A DNA stretch of 64,000 nucleotides from Octopus vulgaris. Taxonomy: Eukaryota. Of this stretch, positions 11,985 through 25,233 are shown piece after piece. Both the position numbers and the translations under genes were made by a program. Under the pieces are notes generated by a model. The model was not told where the DNA came from. It worked only from the letters and a program-made list of their open reading frames with translations, and made no database searches. The stretch covers positions 152,396,001 to 152,460,000 of the forward strand of contig OX597817.1 of the NCBI GenBank assembly GCA_951406725.2, given 5' to 3'. Every line of letters begins with the position of its first letter. Position 1 is the first letter of the stretch.

Positions 11985-12800
11985 TGATGTTTTTTATTTT
12001 GATGTATTTCAGAATTTAATTCACATTTTTTGTCTCTTGGTTCAATTTCCACCGATCAGCCATTTTAAGGTTGCAAATAATGTCGATATCATTCTCCTAT
12101 AGCCTTGCCTTTATTTTGTCGTAGATTGCCTGTTGCCCATCTGTCATGTCACCATTAGTTTTACTGTCTTCTTCCAGACTATCTATATGTCTCTCATCAA
12201 GCAAGCTATCACTGTCCCTTTCCTGTGGTTTATTAGAGATCTCACCTGTTTTCTGCTATGAGATTACTTTTATCAGTGAAAAGTATATTTTCATTGTTTC
12301 CTCTGCTGCTGTTTTCCAATACCTGTCTTTTGATAGCTGTGAGCACTACTTCTGTGAACCAACGATTTTTTTCTTATTGCTCCAGCTTGATCACATAATC
12401 TCTGTTCTGTGAGTTGAAACAATCCTCTTTCTCTCCATTGATCATACACACTTTGTCGGTCCCCTAATATGAACACCATTTTTGTCTACAGGGTTGTTCA
12501 GGTAGTAACACTCCATGACCACAGCATTGACTTGTTTGTTCAATCTACATCGTGTGAGCTGGTCCCTTGCTGGATAACGACAGGCTGGAAGTCGGACCAG
12601 TATCTCTGAACCTGCTGGGTGCAACACTGTCACCATCAGTGGCTTCAGTTTCATTACCACCGTTATTAACCATATTTTGTTTTTTCATTGTCACTCATGA
12701 GGTAGTGATTATCAGGTTGCGCAATTACCAGTGTTTTTATTGTAACACCATCACTAGATGTATCATCAATCAGGACATGGGGAGATTCCAACCGGCTCCT
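11985..12800 (-). mobile_element. R4/Dong-like non-LTR retrotransposon, decayed N-terminal fragment
   Basis: Frameshifted peptides RYPARDQ..NAVVMECYYLNNP and WRERGLFQLTEQRLCDQAGAIRKK resemble the R4/Dong/Rex6 N-terminus. The fragment abuts (TAT)n, consistent with (TAA)n targeting by Dong. Confidence 0.6.
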
Positions 12801-12896
12801 TTCATTATTATTATTATCATTACTAATATTATTATTTTCATTTTTTTTATTATTTGTCATTGTTAATATTTCCTTTGATCTGACATGAGTTTTGGC

Positions 12897-12952
<56 letters not shown>

Positions 12953-13662
12953 TCCATTTATTATTAAAATGTATTATTATGTTGTTTAGTCTCAGCTTTT
13001 GTCTTGTACTTGAGATAATCGTAAATATGTGAGGGTTGAAGGGAATAGTAGGAGGAAGAGAAGCAGCTTGGTGAACAGACCAAATTGTAAATAGATGTGG
13101 CAGATGGTGAGGAGGTCAGCAATGGGCATTCCTGTGCCATAAGGAGACAAAAGAGGCCTCACACCCTTGGGGTCAGTAGAGGTCAAATGTGTTTATTATC
13201 ATTAGTGATCAATGTGGCTGTATGGGTTTAGGTTCAGTCCCACTGCACAGCACCCTGGGCAAATGTCTTCTACTATAAATCTAATCTGACCACAGCCTTG
13301 TGAGTGGAATTCGTTAACAGAAACTGAAAAAAAGGCCATTGTATATATTTATGTGTATGTGTGTGTGTGTGTAACCTTATCTTGAGATCATGTGATGGCT
13401 GGAAACGAACATCATCATACAAGCAATGTTGTTTACTTTTTAGTCTTTTGTGAAAAACATGTCTGGCCCTGGGAAATATTATCTTGGTTGAAAACCGGTG
13501 AGGGCTGGCAACAGGAAGGAGATCTGGCTATAGAAAAGTTACCTCATCAAATCTGTCCAACCCATATGAACATAGAAAAGTGGACAATAAATAATGATGA
13601 TGATATATATATATGTATATATATATGAATGTGTGTGTGTGTGTGTGCATACATATATATAT

Positions 13663-13860
13663 ATAACGGGAAGCTTTATGAAAATAGACAAAAGACGAAG
13701 GCAGGTGGAAAACAAACGAACAATTGTATTAGTATGGCGCTCAGGAAATATAAATAAAACAAGTCTTTAACGTTTCGAGCCTATGCTCTTCAACAGAAAG
13801 ATACACAGAGAGAAAAAAAACACAGAAAGAAAGAGAGAAAAAAAAGGAGAGAAAAAAAAA
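13663..13860 (-). mobile_element. (TA)n-abutting short element with minimal hammerhead-like motif
   Basis: Minus strand 13801-13764 reads tcttt CTGTTGA a GAGC atag GCTC GAAAC GTT aaaga. The terminal ~60 bp recurs inverted at 50054-50115. Confidence 0.6.
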
Positions 13861-13866
13861 AAAACT

Positions 13867-14298
13867 CATCATCATCATCAACGTTTAATGTCCGTTTTCC
13901 ATGCTAGCATAGGTTGGACTGTGATCTGGCAGTGTTTCTACAGCTGGATGCCCTTCTTAATGCTAACCACTCCGTGAGTGTAGTAGGTCCTTTTTACGTG
14001 CCACCGGCACAGGGACAGAGGGTGCTTTTTATGTACCACCGGCACGGAAGCCAATCATCATTCGATGTCCATTTTCCATGCAGGCATGGGTTGGATAGTT
14101 TGACTGGTCCAGCATGCCACACAACTGCATTGAGGTCCAGTGTTAGCATTGGCATGGTTTCTACAGGTGGATGTCTTCTTAATGCCAAACATTTTACAGT
14201 GTGTTCTGGGTACTTTTTTATGGCACCAGCATGTGTTTTATATATCAATATATATACATATAAGCATATATATGTATTATGTGTATATATATATATAC

Positions 14299-14344
<46 letters not shown>

Positions 14345-14900
14345 CATTGTCATCATCATCATCATCATTTAACATCCGTTTTCCATGCTGGTATGGTTTG
14401 GATGGTTTGACTGGGGTCTGGAAAGCCAGCGGCTGCACCAGGCTCCAATCTGATGTGGCAATGTTTCTACAGCTGGATGCCCTTTCTAACACCAACCACT
14501 CCGAGAGTGTAGTGCGTGCTTTTTACGTTCCACTAGCACAGGAGCTAGTCAGGTGGGCCTGGCATCAATCACGTTTGGATAGTGCTTTCTATATGATCAT
14601 TATGTAACATCTATCTTCCATGCTGGCTTAGGATGGATGGTTTGACAGGAGCTGGTAAGCCAGAGGATTATGCCTAGCTCCATTGACTGCTTTGGCATGG
14701 TTTTTCTTTTACCACTAGTTGTCCTTCCTAATGCCAACCTCTTTAAGGAGTAGACACTAGCACTGGCAAATTGTGCTTTCATATGGGTTTTATGGATGGA
14801 TACTATTCCAAATGCTACTCACTTTACAGAGTGGACTGGATGCTTTTTACATGGCACCAGCACTGGCAAGGTCACCAAGTAACTTGCAAGTCAAAGATCC
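13867..14900 (-). mobile_element. Cluster of four RTE 3'-end fragments separated by microsatellites
   Basis: Repeated (CAT)n..ccatgc(t/a)ggcatgg..ggatgcccttc..aaccac blocks starting near 13867, 14054, 14350 and 14597. Confidence 0.75.
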
Positions 14901-15022
14901 TTTGAGCGGGTGGTGATGGTATTGAAGGAGGTAGCTTTGTATCAGGTGATGAGAGATTAGAGTATGACAGTGGGACAGAAACAGATATGTTGTTGTAGAG
15001 GAGATACATGGTTACCTTAATC

Positions 15023-15098
<76 letters not shown>

Positions 15099-15603
15099 AT
15101 GAGAGAGAGAACAAGAGTGATAGCAATAGAGTGCGAGAGAGGTAGTGGCAATGTGCCAAACATTACTCTAAAGGTACAAGGATGTGAATATAAATGGGAT
15201 TGTAGAGAATTGCCCAGGGTGCATGAATAGGGTGTTCATGTGAATGCAAAAGTGGTGGGAGGAATGTAGTGATTGGTGAAATCTAAGTATATGGGGCAGG
15301 AGGTGACAGGATAGCAATGATACAGTTGGCAGGGTGGGAAGAACACGATTGGGCTGCAAAAGTGGAGAGAGAGAGATAAGTATAATGCATGAAGAAGAGG
15401 AGACGTGAAAATGAGGAGAAGAGGTGATGTAGTTTGATTTATTGGGGTATAGTGTGTGAAAAATTTAATGTTACATGTTTTGCTGAGTTGGACAGGTCTT
15501 CTCAAGAACCTCATATCACCAGACATCATAGTCCATTGTCATCTCCTCTGTGAGTCCCAACATCTTGAGGTCAGCCCTCATTACTTCATCCTAAGTATAT
15601 AAG

Positions 15604-16790
15604 TCATCATCATTGTCATTTAGCATCCGTTTTCCATGCTGGCATGGGTTAAACAGTTTGACTAGAACTGGTAAGCCAGACAGATGTACCAGGTTCTAGT
15701 CTGATGTGGCTTGGTTTCTATGGATGGATGCCCTTCCTAACACCAACCACTTCAAGAGTGTAGTGGGTGCCTTTTATCTGTCACTGGCATGGGCGCCTTT
15801 TACATGTCACCAGCACTGGCCATGACTATAATTTCATTTGGCTTGATGAGTCTTCTCAAGCACAGCAAATTCCCAAAGGTCTTGATCACTTGTCATTGTC
15901 ACCATGAAACCCAACATTTGAAGATTATGCTTCACTACCTTATCCCATGTCTTCCCGATTCTACCTCTTCCACAGGTTGAAATTTCTACCTGCACCTTCT
16001 TTTACATTTTGAGCAGGGCTATTTTCTTTGGGAGAGTAGAGTCCTGTCTGGTTTCCTGCTTACTAGAAGTTTGGTTTTTGCTAAATTAACTTTAAGCCCC
16101 TTTGATTCCAAGTTTGCTTCCTCACCTAAAATTTCTTTTCTGATTCTACTGCTTATTCTGCTTTAGGAATAAGGTCATCAGCATATAGTAGTTCTCACAA
16201 CTACTGGTCTTTAATAAATTCCTCTGTTATGGCCTGGAGAACTATGAAGAATAAGAGGGGGCTGAGACATGGGCCTTCATGAACTCTTACCCATACATTA
16301 TATTTGTTGCTGTTCTTCTTGCCAACTTCCACACCTTATTGATAGGACCTTTGTACATGACTTGTATGTTTTGCACCAGTCATTCATCTACTCCTAGCTT
16401 CCTCAGAGACCACAAGATCACAGAATAAGGGACCTTGTTAAAAGCTTTCTCCTGGTTGACAAATACCCACTACAATGACTTACTCTTGATTAAATACTTC
16501 TCCACTTGTCTTATTAGAAAGAAGTACTTCTCACTGGCATAATGCCAAACTGAATCACATCTAGTGCAATACTCTTCCTAATTAAATGTTCTATAACTTG
16601 TTTCGTAACTTTCATGACCTGGTTCAGCAATTTGATACCTCTATAATTACTTCTATCTAAGGCATCTCCTTTACCTTTGTATAGTTGACTATAATGCTGC
16701 TGCACATGTTGTTGGACATGACACCTTCTAATAACTGATTAACTATATGGATGATTAACCTGATTAACTATATGGGTGACTAGGCTGTTT
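15604..16790 (-). mobile_element. Decayed RTE LINE (3'UTR plus RT fragments)
   Basis: Peptide YKGKGDALDRSNYRGIKLLNQVMKV..QFG (16514-16705); 3' tail at 15604. Confidence 0.8.
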
Positions 16791-17036
16791 CCCATAGACA
16801 CACAAATATACACACACATATGCTTATAATTTTGTGGTGTGTTATATTGATCACAACATATAACCAATGTTTAGAACTCCATATCTTTGGTTATACATCA
16901 AAAGATCCATATGTGAGGTGCCAACGAGTTATTATTCTATGTTCTTTATTGTAGTTCCATTTTGATATTTTGAATACAGTACATATACGAAACAAATTTG
17001 GAAACAAATTTTTAAGTTTGTTCAATACATTCTGAC

Positions 17037-17450
17037 ATCATCATCATCATCGTTTAACGTCTGCTTTTCATGCTAGCATGGGTTGGACGATTTTGACTGA
17101 GGGCTGGCGAACCAGATGGCTGCACCAGGCTCCAGTCTTGATTTGGCAGATTTTCTACAGCTGGATGCCCTTTCTAACGCTAGCCACTCCGAGAGTGTAG
17201 TGGGTGCTTTTACGTGCCCAGTCAGGCGGTACTAGCAACGACCTCGCTCGAATCCTTATATACATGCCACCAGCACAGGTGCCAGAAGGCGACTTTGGTA
17301 ACGTTCACGCTCAAATGGTGCCCTTTTACGTGCCCACTGGCATGGAAGGCAGTAGGCTGCTCTGGCAACGATCACGCTTGGATGGTGCTCTTGGCACCCT
17401 ACTAGCACAGGCACAAATGCCAGTAAGGCGACGCTGGTAACGACGCTAAC
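17037..17450 (-). mobile_element. RTE 3'UTR fragment
   Basis: (CAT)n, conserved stem-loop and diverged internal repeats. Confidence 0.75.
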
Positions 17451-17784
17451 ATGTATATCATAAACAACAATATCTGTTATATGTGGAAATACCTCATAAG
17501 CAGACTATTATATCAAATCATCAGAGATTGCATAACAAAACGAAAAAAATGTAAAGCTATATAATAACCTTTGGACAGTATAACAACTGTATTGAGGTGG
17601 GTCAAGGCATTTACTTAATTCATTGTGACAACACTCAATTTGTGCACTTGCCTCTTGTTATTGGCATCATCTTTACAAGCAATCTATCGTCTTGGGTAGA
17701 TGTTAGATGCTCCTTTATCAAGAACTTAATGACAGCATGTTGCTTTTGCTTGGAAGTGTAGCGGCACTAACATTGTCCACACTT

Positions 17785-19522
17785 GAATGGTGCTTTTTAC
17801 GTGCCACCGGCATAGGTGACATTTAGGCAGCACTATCATCAGCCATGACTATGATTTCACTATGAGTTCAACAGGACTTCACAGGCACAGCATATTGCCC
17901 AACGGTTGAAAGGTGTTTTTTTTAAATAGGTCAGTTATGTGACACTGGTATCGGCCATGACTATGATCTCACTTAGCTTGCTGGGTCTTCTCAAGCATGG
18001 CATATCTTCTAAGGTCTTGGTCACTTATTGTCTCTGTGAGGCCCAACATTCAAAGGTCATGCTTCATCATCTTCCTGAGTCTACCTCTTCTACAGGTTCC
18101 CTCCACTGTTAGGTGTGTGACACTTCTTCACGCAGCTGTTTTCTTCCATACATATCACATGACCATACCAACACAGTCATCTCTCTTGCACACATCTGAT
18201 GCTTCTTATGTCCAACTTTTCTCTCAGGGTACTTACATTCTGTTGTGTATGCACACTGACATTACACATCCAGTGGAGCATACTAGCTTCATTTCTTTCA
18301 AGCTTACACATGTCCTCAGCAGTCACAGCCCATATTCCACTGTAGTGTAGCATGGCTGTTCGCACACAGGCATCATACAGTCTACCTTTTACTCTGAGTG
18401 AGAGGCCCTTTGTTACCAGCAGAGGTAGGAGCTCTCTGAACTTTGCCCAAGTTATTCTTATTCTAGCAGCTATACTCTCAGAGCATCCACCCCCACTACT
18501 GACTTGGTAAATAGGTAACAGAAGCTACCAACTACTTCTAGTTTTTTCCCCTGGCATGTGATGGAATCTGTTTTCTGTACATCTTCAGTGTTTATTGCTC
18601 CTGTGCATCTGCCACATACAAAAGCTATCTTCCCAGTTAACCTTCCTTTGATATTGCTGCACTTATGTGTCTATAGCTTATGCCAGGTACATCTTATGGA
18701 GTTTTTGCCTATGTCTTTTCTACAGATTGAGCAGGGCCATCTATGTGAAGAGATTTGTGATTTGTCTGCCTTCCTATTTACTAAGACTTTGGTTTTTGCT
18801 AGGTTAACTCTAAGGCCCTTCAATTCTAGACCTTGCTTCCACACCTGAAACTTCTTCTCTAGTTGTAGTAGTGACTCACCTATTAGAGAAAGGTTATCAA
18901 CATAGAGGAGCTCCCAGGAGCAGCCTGTCTTGAATTCCTCTGTTATTGCCTGGCACACTATGATGAACAAAAGTGGTCTGAGGACTAATCCTTGGTGAAC
19001 CTCTACTTCTACTCAGAATTCTTTGCTATACTCATTGCCAACCCTCGCCTTACTGACAGCATCCCTGTACAGCTCTCACCAACCACTCATCTATCCCTAG
19101 CTTCCGCATTGACCACCAGATAAGGGATCACGGGATCCTGTCAAAGGCTTCTTCCATGTCAACAAAAGCCAAGTACAGAGGTTTATCTTTGGCTAGGAAT
19201 TTCTCCTGCAGCTGTCTTACCAGAAATATAGCATCAGTAGTGCTTCTCCCTGGCACGAAACCAAACTGCATCTCATCTAAATTAACTCTCCTCCTAATTA
19301 GTTGGGCTATGATCCTCTCCGTGACTTTCATCACCTGAGCTAACAATTTGATACCTCTGTAATTATTCCTATCCAAGATGTTACCTTTACCTTTGTAGCA
19401 GTTGATTATGGTATTGCTACACCAGTCATTGGGTATGACTCCTTCATGTATCACCTGGTTAACTATAAGGGTGACTAGACTATAGCCTACACCACCAGAT
19501 ATTTCAAGCATTTCAGCAATGA
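17785..19522 (-). mobile_element. 5'-truncated, frameshifted RTE LINE
   Basis: ORF pieces 19128-19511 (NYRGIKLL, QFGFVPGRSTTDAIF), 18671-18970 (YVDN in place of YADD; start of Cys finger) and 18177-18365. Confidence 0.92.
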
Positions 19523-20392
19523 TGTAAGGTTTTTATAAGGTTAATTATTCATTCTATCTGAAATTTAGTTGTGTTGATAGTCTTTACTGTAATCCAAATT
19601 TATTTTTTTATATATTTATATTATGAAACTCCAAGACTGAAAGATAAATTTGAAAGTATTTGTTGTATACCACAAGTTAAATAATTTCTCTGGCAAAAGG
19701 CAATGAAAGAGCTTTAATATGTTCACTCAACTGGCTAGAAATAACAACCAGATCTCACTCAAATCACATTCATCTCTCATAAAAATAGAACACATTAAAT
19801 AATATAGCCCTACAAATTCATAAAATCTTGGGATGGTCGCAGCTGGAACATTTTTGATTATCAGTCTGCAGGGTCAGGGTTGATCTGAAACTAAACAGCA
19901 CAAAAAAAAAAAAGAAAAAAAAAAGAAGAAAAAAAACAAGCATAACTAGTTAGCATAACTCATCATTATCACAATCCTGTTGATTTTTATTAAAAATCTC
20001 CCAAAACTAGTTTTGCTGGTTTTTGGCAGGGGAACTAGTTGGTGGTAAACAATGCTGAAATTATTTGATCTTCAGAAAAGATATCTTGTTTAGAGCTACA
20101 GTTCTATAGCTTAGACTTCAGACTTGCTGAAATCTTGTTAATACACAGATTTTTCTCATGATATGAGTAATCATGCAAATATTTTCTTTATTGATATAGT
20201 TTTGATAGTTAAATTACAGTCAGCATTAATCTATCATCCTGTTCCCCTGCCACTGTCCTGTTATTCTTGTATGAGGTCTTGATATGTAACCGTCTAACAT
20301 GTCTTCATTGGTTTAACTCTTGTCACCCAAAATACGCCATTCATCGTCTATTTGAAACTGTTGTCCAGACTAATGCAGTCAACTGTCTAGAT

Positions 20393-20698
20393 CAGTGGTT
20401 CCCAAAATAGGCGGTACTGCCCCACCACTGGGGGCAGTGGAAACATCCAGGGTGCAGAGCATTGAAGAAAAGTCAAGCAATAATGGGGTGGCCAAAAGAG
20501 GGCAATGAATGTAAAAATGACAAAATAATAGGTTAAGTTAAATTTTATTTGTGAAATATAGTTGTTTTGAATTTGCTGCAAGAATGTGGTCTACATTTGA
20601 GATGGTGATGTGTGTGTGTGTGTGTGGGGGGGGGGAACGCTAGGAATATGGCCTAGGTGCCGAGGGGGCAGCAGCCCTAAAAAATTTAGGAACCACTG
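20393..20698. mobile_element. hAT (Charlie-type) MITE
   Basis: TIRs cagtggttcc / ggaaccactg. 8-bp TSD gtctagat / gtctaggt matches the NTCTAGAN target preference. Confidence 0.9.
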
Positions 20699-20986
20699 GT
20701 CTAGGTAGATTGACCAACAACCAATACTTTGAAATCAATAACTTTCATAACTCACTTGTATTTAACTTGTCTTTCTCGTGCACAATTACTCAGTTAAGGT
20801 AGTTGACACCCATCACTTGAAATATTTTCATATTTTGGCGATTAAAAAACAAGACTCTGGTTTTATCCCATAAGGCTTAACTGCAGTAAAAGGCAGGCCT
20901 GTAGAAAAATTGACTGGTAAATTCACAAACCTATTTTTTGGTGACATGATAATGTTAATAATTACTTGTGCACATTATACGTCTAA

Positions 20987-21211
20987 CCTCTTAACATTCA
21001 GATTATTCTGTCAAATGTCATGCTTACTTAGTCACATCGGTTTGAATAAATCATGCATTATTTATCTCATACCGTTGAGATTTTAATGATGTGATTTTTA
21101 TATTTTTAGAATGACATTGTAGGGTAAGTGTGAGAGGCTGGATCTCACTGGCTTGAACATAAAACAAATAGAAAATTTGGGCCAGATATGGTTAGTTTAA
21201 ATGCTAAAGGG
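20987..21211. mobile_element. piggyBac-type MITE
   Basis: Same family as 1362-1579; flanked by ctaa on both sides. Confidence 0.75.
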
Positions 21212-22139
21212 CTAATATGCATATTTGGCTTATTCTTTTTTAAATAATTCCTGGTCTTTGGTATTTATTGTCCATGTTTCATGGTCATGCAATATCACAT
21301 GTCGACACTAGGCCAATACAGTTCTTTTTGGAATCATAAAGCTTCATGAGCTAATGTTTATCTGCAGTTACCATACTGAGAGACAGGTGAGAGTCATTGA
21401 TCCTCTTGAATGCTAGTCTATTGCAGGTAACTTTCTCCACAGTGGGAAATGAACTCAGTGTTGCAAAACAATGAATAACTCATTCGCTATACGTTGTTGT
21501 TATATACTCACTCTGTGGCATCTAGTTCAAGCTAATTAACCTGTATCACATTTAACAGCTATGTAGACTTTATCTGTGAATGTTAAGTGTTTAGGCTGTA
21601 GATACACATGCACGCACGCATGCGCGCACACACACACGCACACACACACACTTCCATTCATGTTCCTTGTATTTCCCAATTAGTTAATACAGTATTTCAG
21701 ACATTCCATTGTTTTTCAGCTTATATGTCCATTTACTGTGGGAAGATTTTGAAATCATGATCTTGAAGTTGTCTTTAGTTAATATTATTAAAATTCCTCT
21801 CAAGTTCCTAGATTAGTTTTATTTTTAATCAACAACTGAATAATTTGGAATTGTATAGTACTCTTTTTTTTATTTCTACTTTTATTATACTTTTAAACAA
21901 AATTCAGCATCACCACATTATCTTCATCATTATAACCACTACCATCATTATCATTGTCTTTATTATCTATCTCACACGTACAGCATGATCTTCTGCAAGC
22001 GTAAACACAATACCTTTGCTAACTTTGCTTGCTCTCATCTCACCTACTAGTGACATCTGTGGCTTTCTCCAGTGATATTCACAGCTTCACTAGTTGTTAT
22101 TGTTCTTGATGTTTATTTAGCTCAAGGTGAATCTGTCAG

Positions 22140-24744
22140 AGTATATTTTCAAAAGTTTTGGTCACTAGTCATTGCCTCGGTGAGGCCTAATGTTCAAAGG
22201 TCATGCTTCACTACTTCATCCCAGGTCTTCTTACATCTACCTCTTTCACAGTTTCCCTTAACCGCTAGGGTGTGGCACTTTTTCACACAGCTATCCTCAC
22301 CCATTCTCACTACATGAACATACCAGCGCAGTCGTCTCTTCTACATGCCACATCTGATGCTTCTTAGGTCCAACTTTTCTCTCAAGCTATTTACACTCTG
22401 TCAAGTATGCACACTGACATTACACATCCATCGGAGCATACTGGCTTCATTCCTCGTGAGCTTACGCATATCCTCAGCAGTCACGACCCATGTTTCACTG
22501 CCATATAGCATGGCTGTTCGTACACATGCATCATACAGTCTGCCTTTTACTCTGAGCGAGAGGCCTTTAGTCATCAGCGGAGGTAAGAGCTCCCTGAACT
22601 TTGCCCAGGCTATTCTTACTCTAGCAGTTACACTTTCAGCACACCCACCCCCGCTACTGACTTGGTCACCTAGATAATGGAAGCTATCAAATACTTCTAG
22701 TTTTTCCCCCTGGAAAGTGACGGAAGTTGTTTTCTGCAGATTTTCAGTATTTATTGCTCCTGAGCATCTGCCACATACAAAAACTATCTTCCCAGTTAGC
22801 CTTCCTTTGACATTACTGCACCTCTTATGTGTCCATAGCTTACACTGGGTACTTCTTATAGAGTTTCTACCTACGCCTTTTCTACAGATCGAGCAGGGCC
22901 ATCTACCTGAAGGCATTTGTGGTTTGTCTACCTTCCTACTTATTAGGACTTTGGTTTTAGCTAGATTGACTCTAAGGCCCCCCGATTCTAAACCCTCCTT
23001 CCACACCTGAAACTTCTCCTCCAGTTCTGATAGTGACTCAGCAATTAGAGCAAGGTTGTCAGCATAGAGGAGCTCCCAGGGGCATCCTGTCTTGAATTCC
23101 TCTGTTATTGCCTGGAGGACTATGATAAATAGGAGGGGGCTGAGGACTGAACCCTGGTGGACCCCAACCTCTACCTTGAATTCTTCTGTGTACACGTTGC
23201 CAACCCTAACCTTACTTACAGCGTCCCTGTACATGGCTTGCACAGCTCTCACCAGCCATTCATCTATCCCTAGTTTCCTCGTTGACCACCAGATAAGGGA
23301 TCGGGGGACCCTGTCAAAGGCTTTCTCCATGTCAACGAAAGCCAGGTACAGGGGCTTATCTTTGGCTAGGTATTTCTCCTGCAGCTGTCTCACCAGAAAT
23401 ATGGCATCAGTGGTGCTTTTCCCTGGCACGAAATCAAACTGCATCTCATCCAAGTTGACTCTCTCCCTAATCAGTTGGGCTATGACCCTCTCCGTAACCT
23501 TCATTACCTGATCCAACAGCTTGATACCTCTGTAATTATTTGTATCTAGGGTGTTACCTTTACCTTTGTAGCAGTTGACTATTATGTTGCTATACCAGTC
23601 ATTGGGTATGACTCCTTCGTGTATCTCCTGGTTAACTATATGGGTGATTAGGCTATAGCCAACACTGCCAGATATTTTGAGCATCTCTGCAGTAATTCCT
23701 GATGGGCCTGGGGCTTTCCCTGTCTTCATGCTTCTAATTGCCTTAACTACCAAGGAACTGTCAACTCGGATCGCTTGTCCCTCTGTTGGGTTGACATTTG
23801 GCAGACTCTCTTTATCCCATTCATTTTCTTTATTCAGCAACCTTTCATAGTGGCGTCTCCAAACCTCTCTCTTTGCATCCTCATTTAGCGCAAGTGAACC
23901 ATCATCCATGCGGACACATTTCTCTCCTACCACATCACGATTCTCTCTCACACACTGTCTTGCAACATGAAATACCTCAAGTCTTTGGTCCTCACGGTGC
24001 AGAACATTGGCAAATTTTTTATCTGCTTCCCCTCTGGCTAAATAAACCTGTCTCCTAGCTTCCCTTCTGGCAGTCTGATACAGTTCCCTGCTACCTCCAT
24101 TCTTCCAGTCCTTTCAAGCCTGTCTCTTTTGTCTAATAGCCCTGTCAACCACATTGTTTCACCACCACGTTACCTTGGGTCGAGTGGGGACTTTGCACCA
24201 GCCACAGATCTGGTCAGTGGCTCTCGGCAGGTTGTCCTGTAGAAATCTCCAGTTGTCTTCCACATTATGTGATGCTATATCCCCTTCTATTTCATCAAAG
24301 GCTTCAAGTAATACGTTTCTAAATCTCTGCCCATTTGCAGGATCTTTAAGTTTCCAGACCCCTCTCCTCCAGGCTGGTCTTCTTCTGGGCATCCATTCAG
24401 CCCCGATCCTGAAGTCGCTAACTACTAATCTATGTTGAGGGGTACATTCTTTGCCTGGGAAGGTTTTGGCATTTATAAGCAGCCCTCTTTCCCTTTTTCT
24501 GGCGAGGATATAGTCAATTTGGCTAGTGTGTCTGCCAGTGACTAGGTGACGGGTGGGTTTCCTGAAGTTGGTATTGCAAACCATAAGATCATTTGCATCG
24601 TAGAACTCCAGCAACCTGGTTCCCTCCTCATTGCGGGAACCAAAACCATAGCCTCCATGTATGCCATGGAAGCCCCCTGCACGTTGTCCAACATGTCCAT
24701 TGAAATCACCAGCCACAAAAAGGTCTCCGGTAGCCCCGGCTGAG

Positions 24745-24746
<2 letters not shown>
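22140..24746 (-). mobile_element. RTE LINE, 5'-truncated in the endonuclease, inactivated
   Basis: APE motifs YVPQ, GDFNGHVG, SQIDYIL, PQHRLV (24159-24716). RT ORF 22401-23951 has YADN instead of YADD; stops and frameshifts elsewhere. The 5' end abuts (TA)n. Confidence 0.95.
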
Positions 24747-24794
<48 letters not shown>

Positions 24795-25012
24795 TTAGTT
24801 ATGTTGATGTACATATTGTAAATATATGTCATGTCTGGTTGGCTTCTTGCCATGGCCTCCAAGTCTCAGCCTTACAAATCCTAGTCATGTTATTCAAATA
24901 CCTCAAGTAGGTTCTTAATTGGAACACTCATCAATTATAAGTCATATTATCCCAGATAATTTGGTCCTATTCTCACTTGATGAACTGAAGGGCTACATAC
25001 GTGCTGCTTTAA

Positions 25013-25233
25013 TCCTTTAACATTCAAACTGGCCATATCTGGCCCAAATATTCTACTAGTTTCATGTTGAAACCAACCAGATCAAGCCTCTCATACCTAC
25101 CCTACAATGTTATTCTCAAAGTAAGCTACCATATCACTGAAATCTTGAAGCTGTGAAATAATACATGATTAATTTTTTAAAAATTTTAATGAATCAGCAT
25201 TACATTTGACAGAGTTATCTGAATGCTAAAGGG
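25013..25233. mobile_element. piggyBac-type MITE (opposite orientation)
   Basis: TTAA TSDs at 25009-12 and 25234-37; reverse complement of the 1362 family. Confidence 0.8.
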
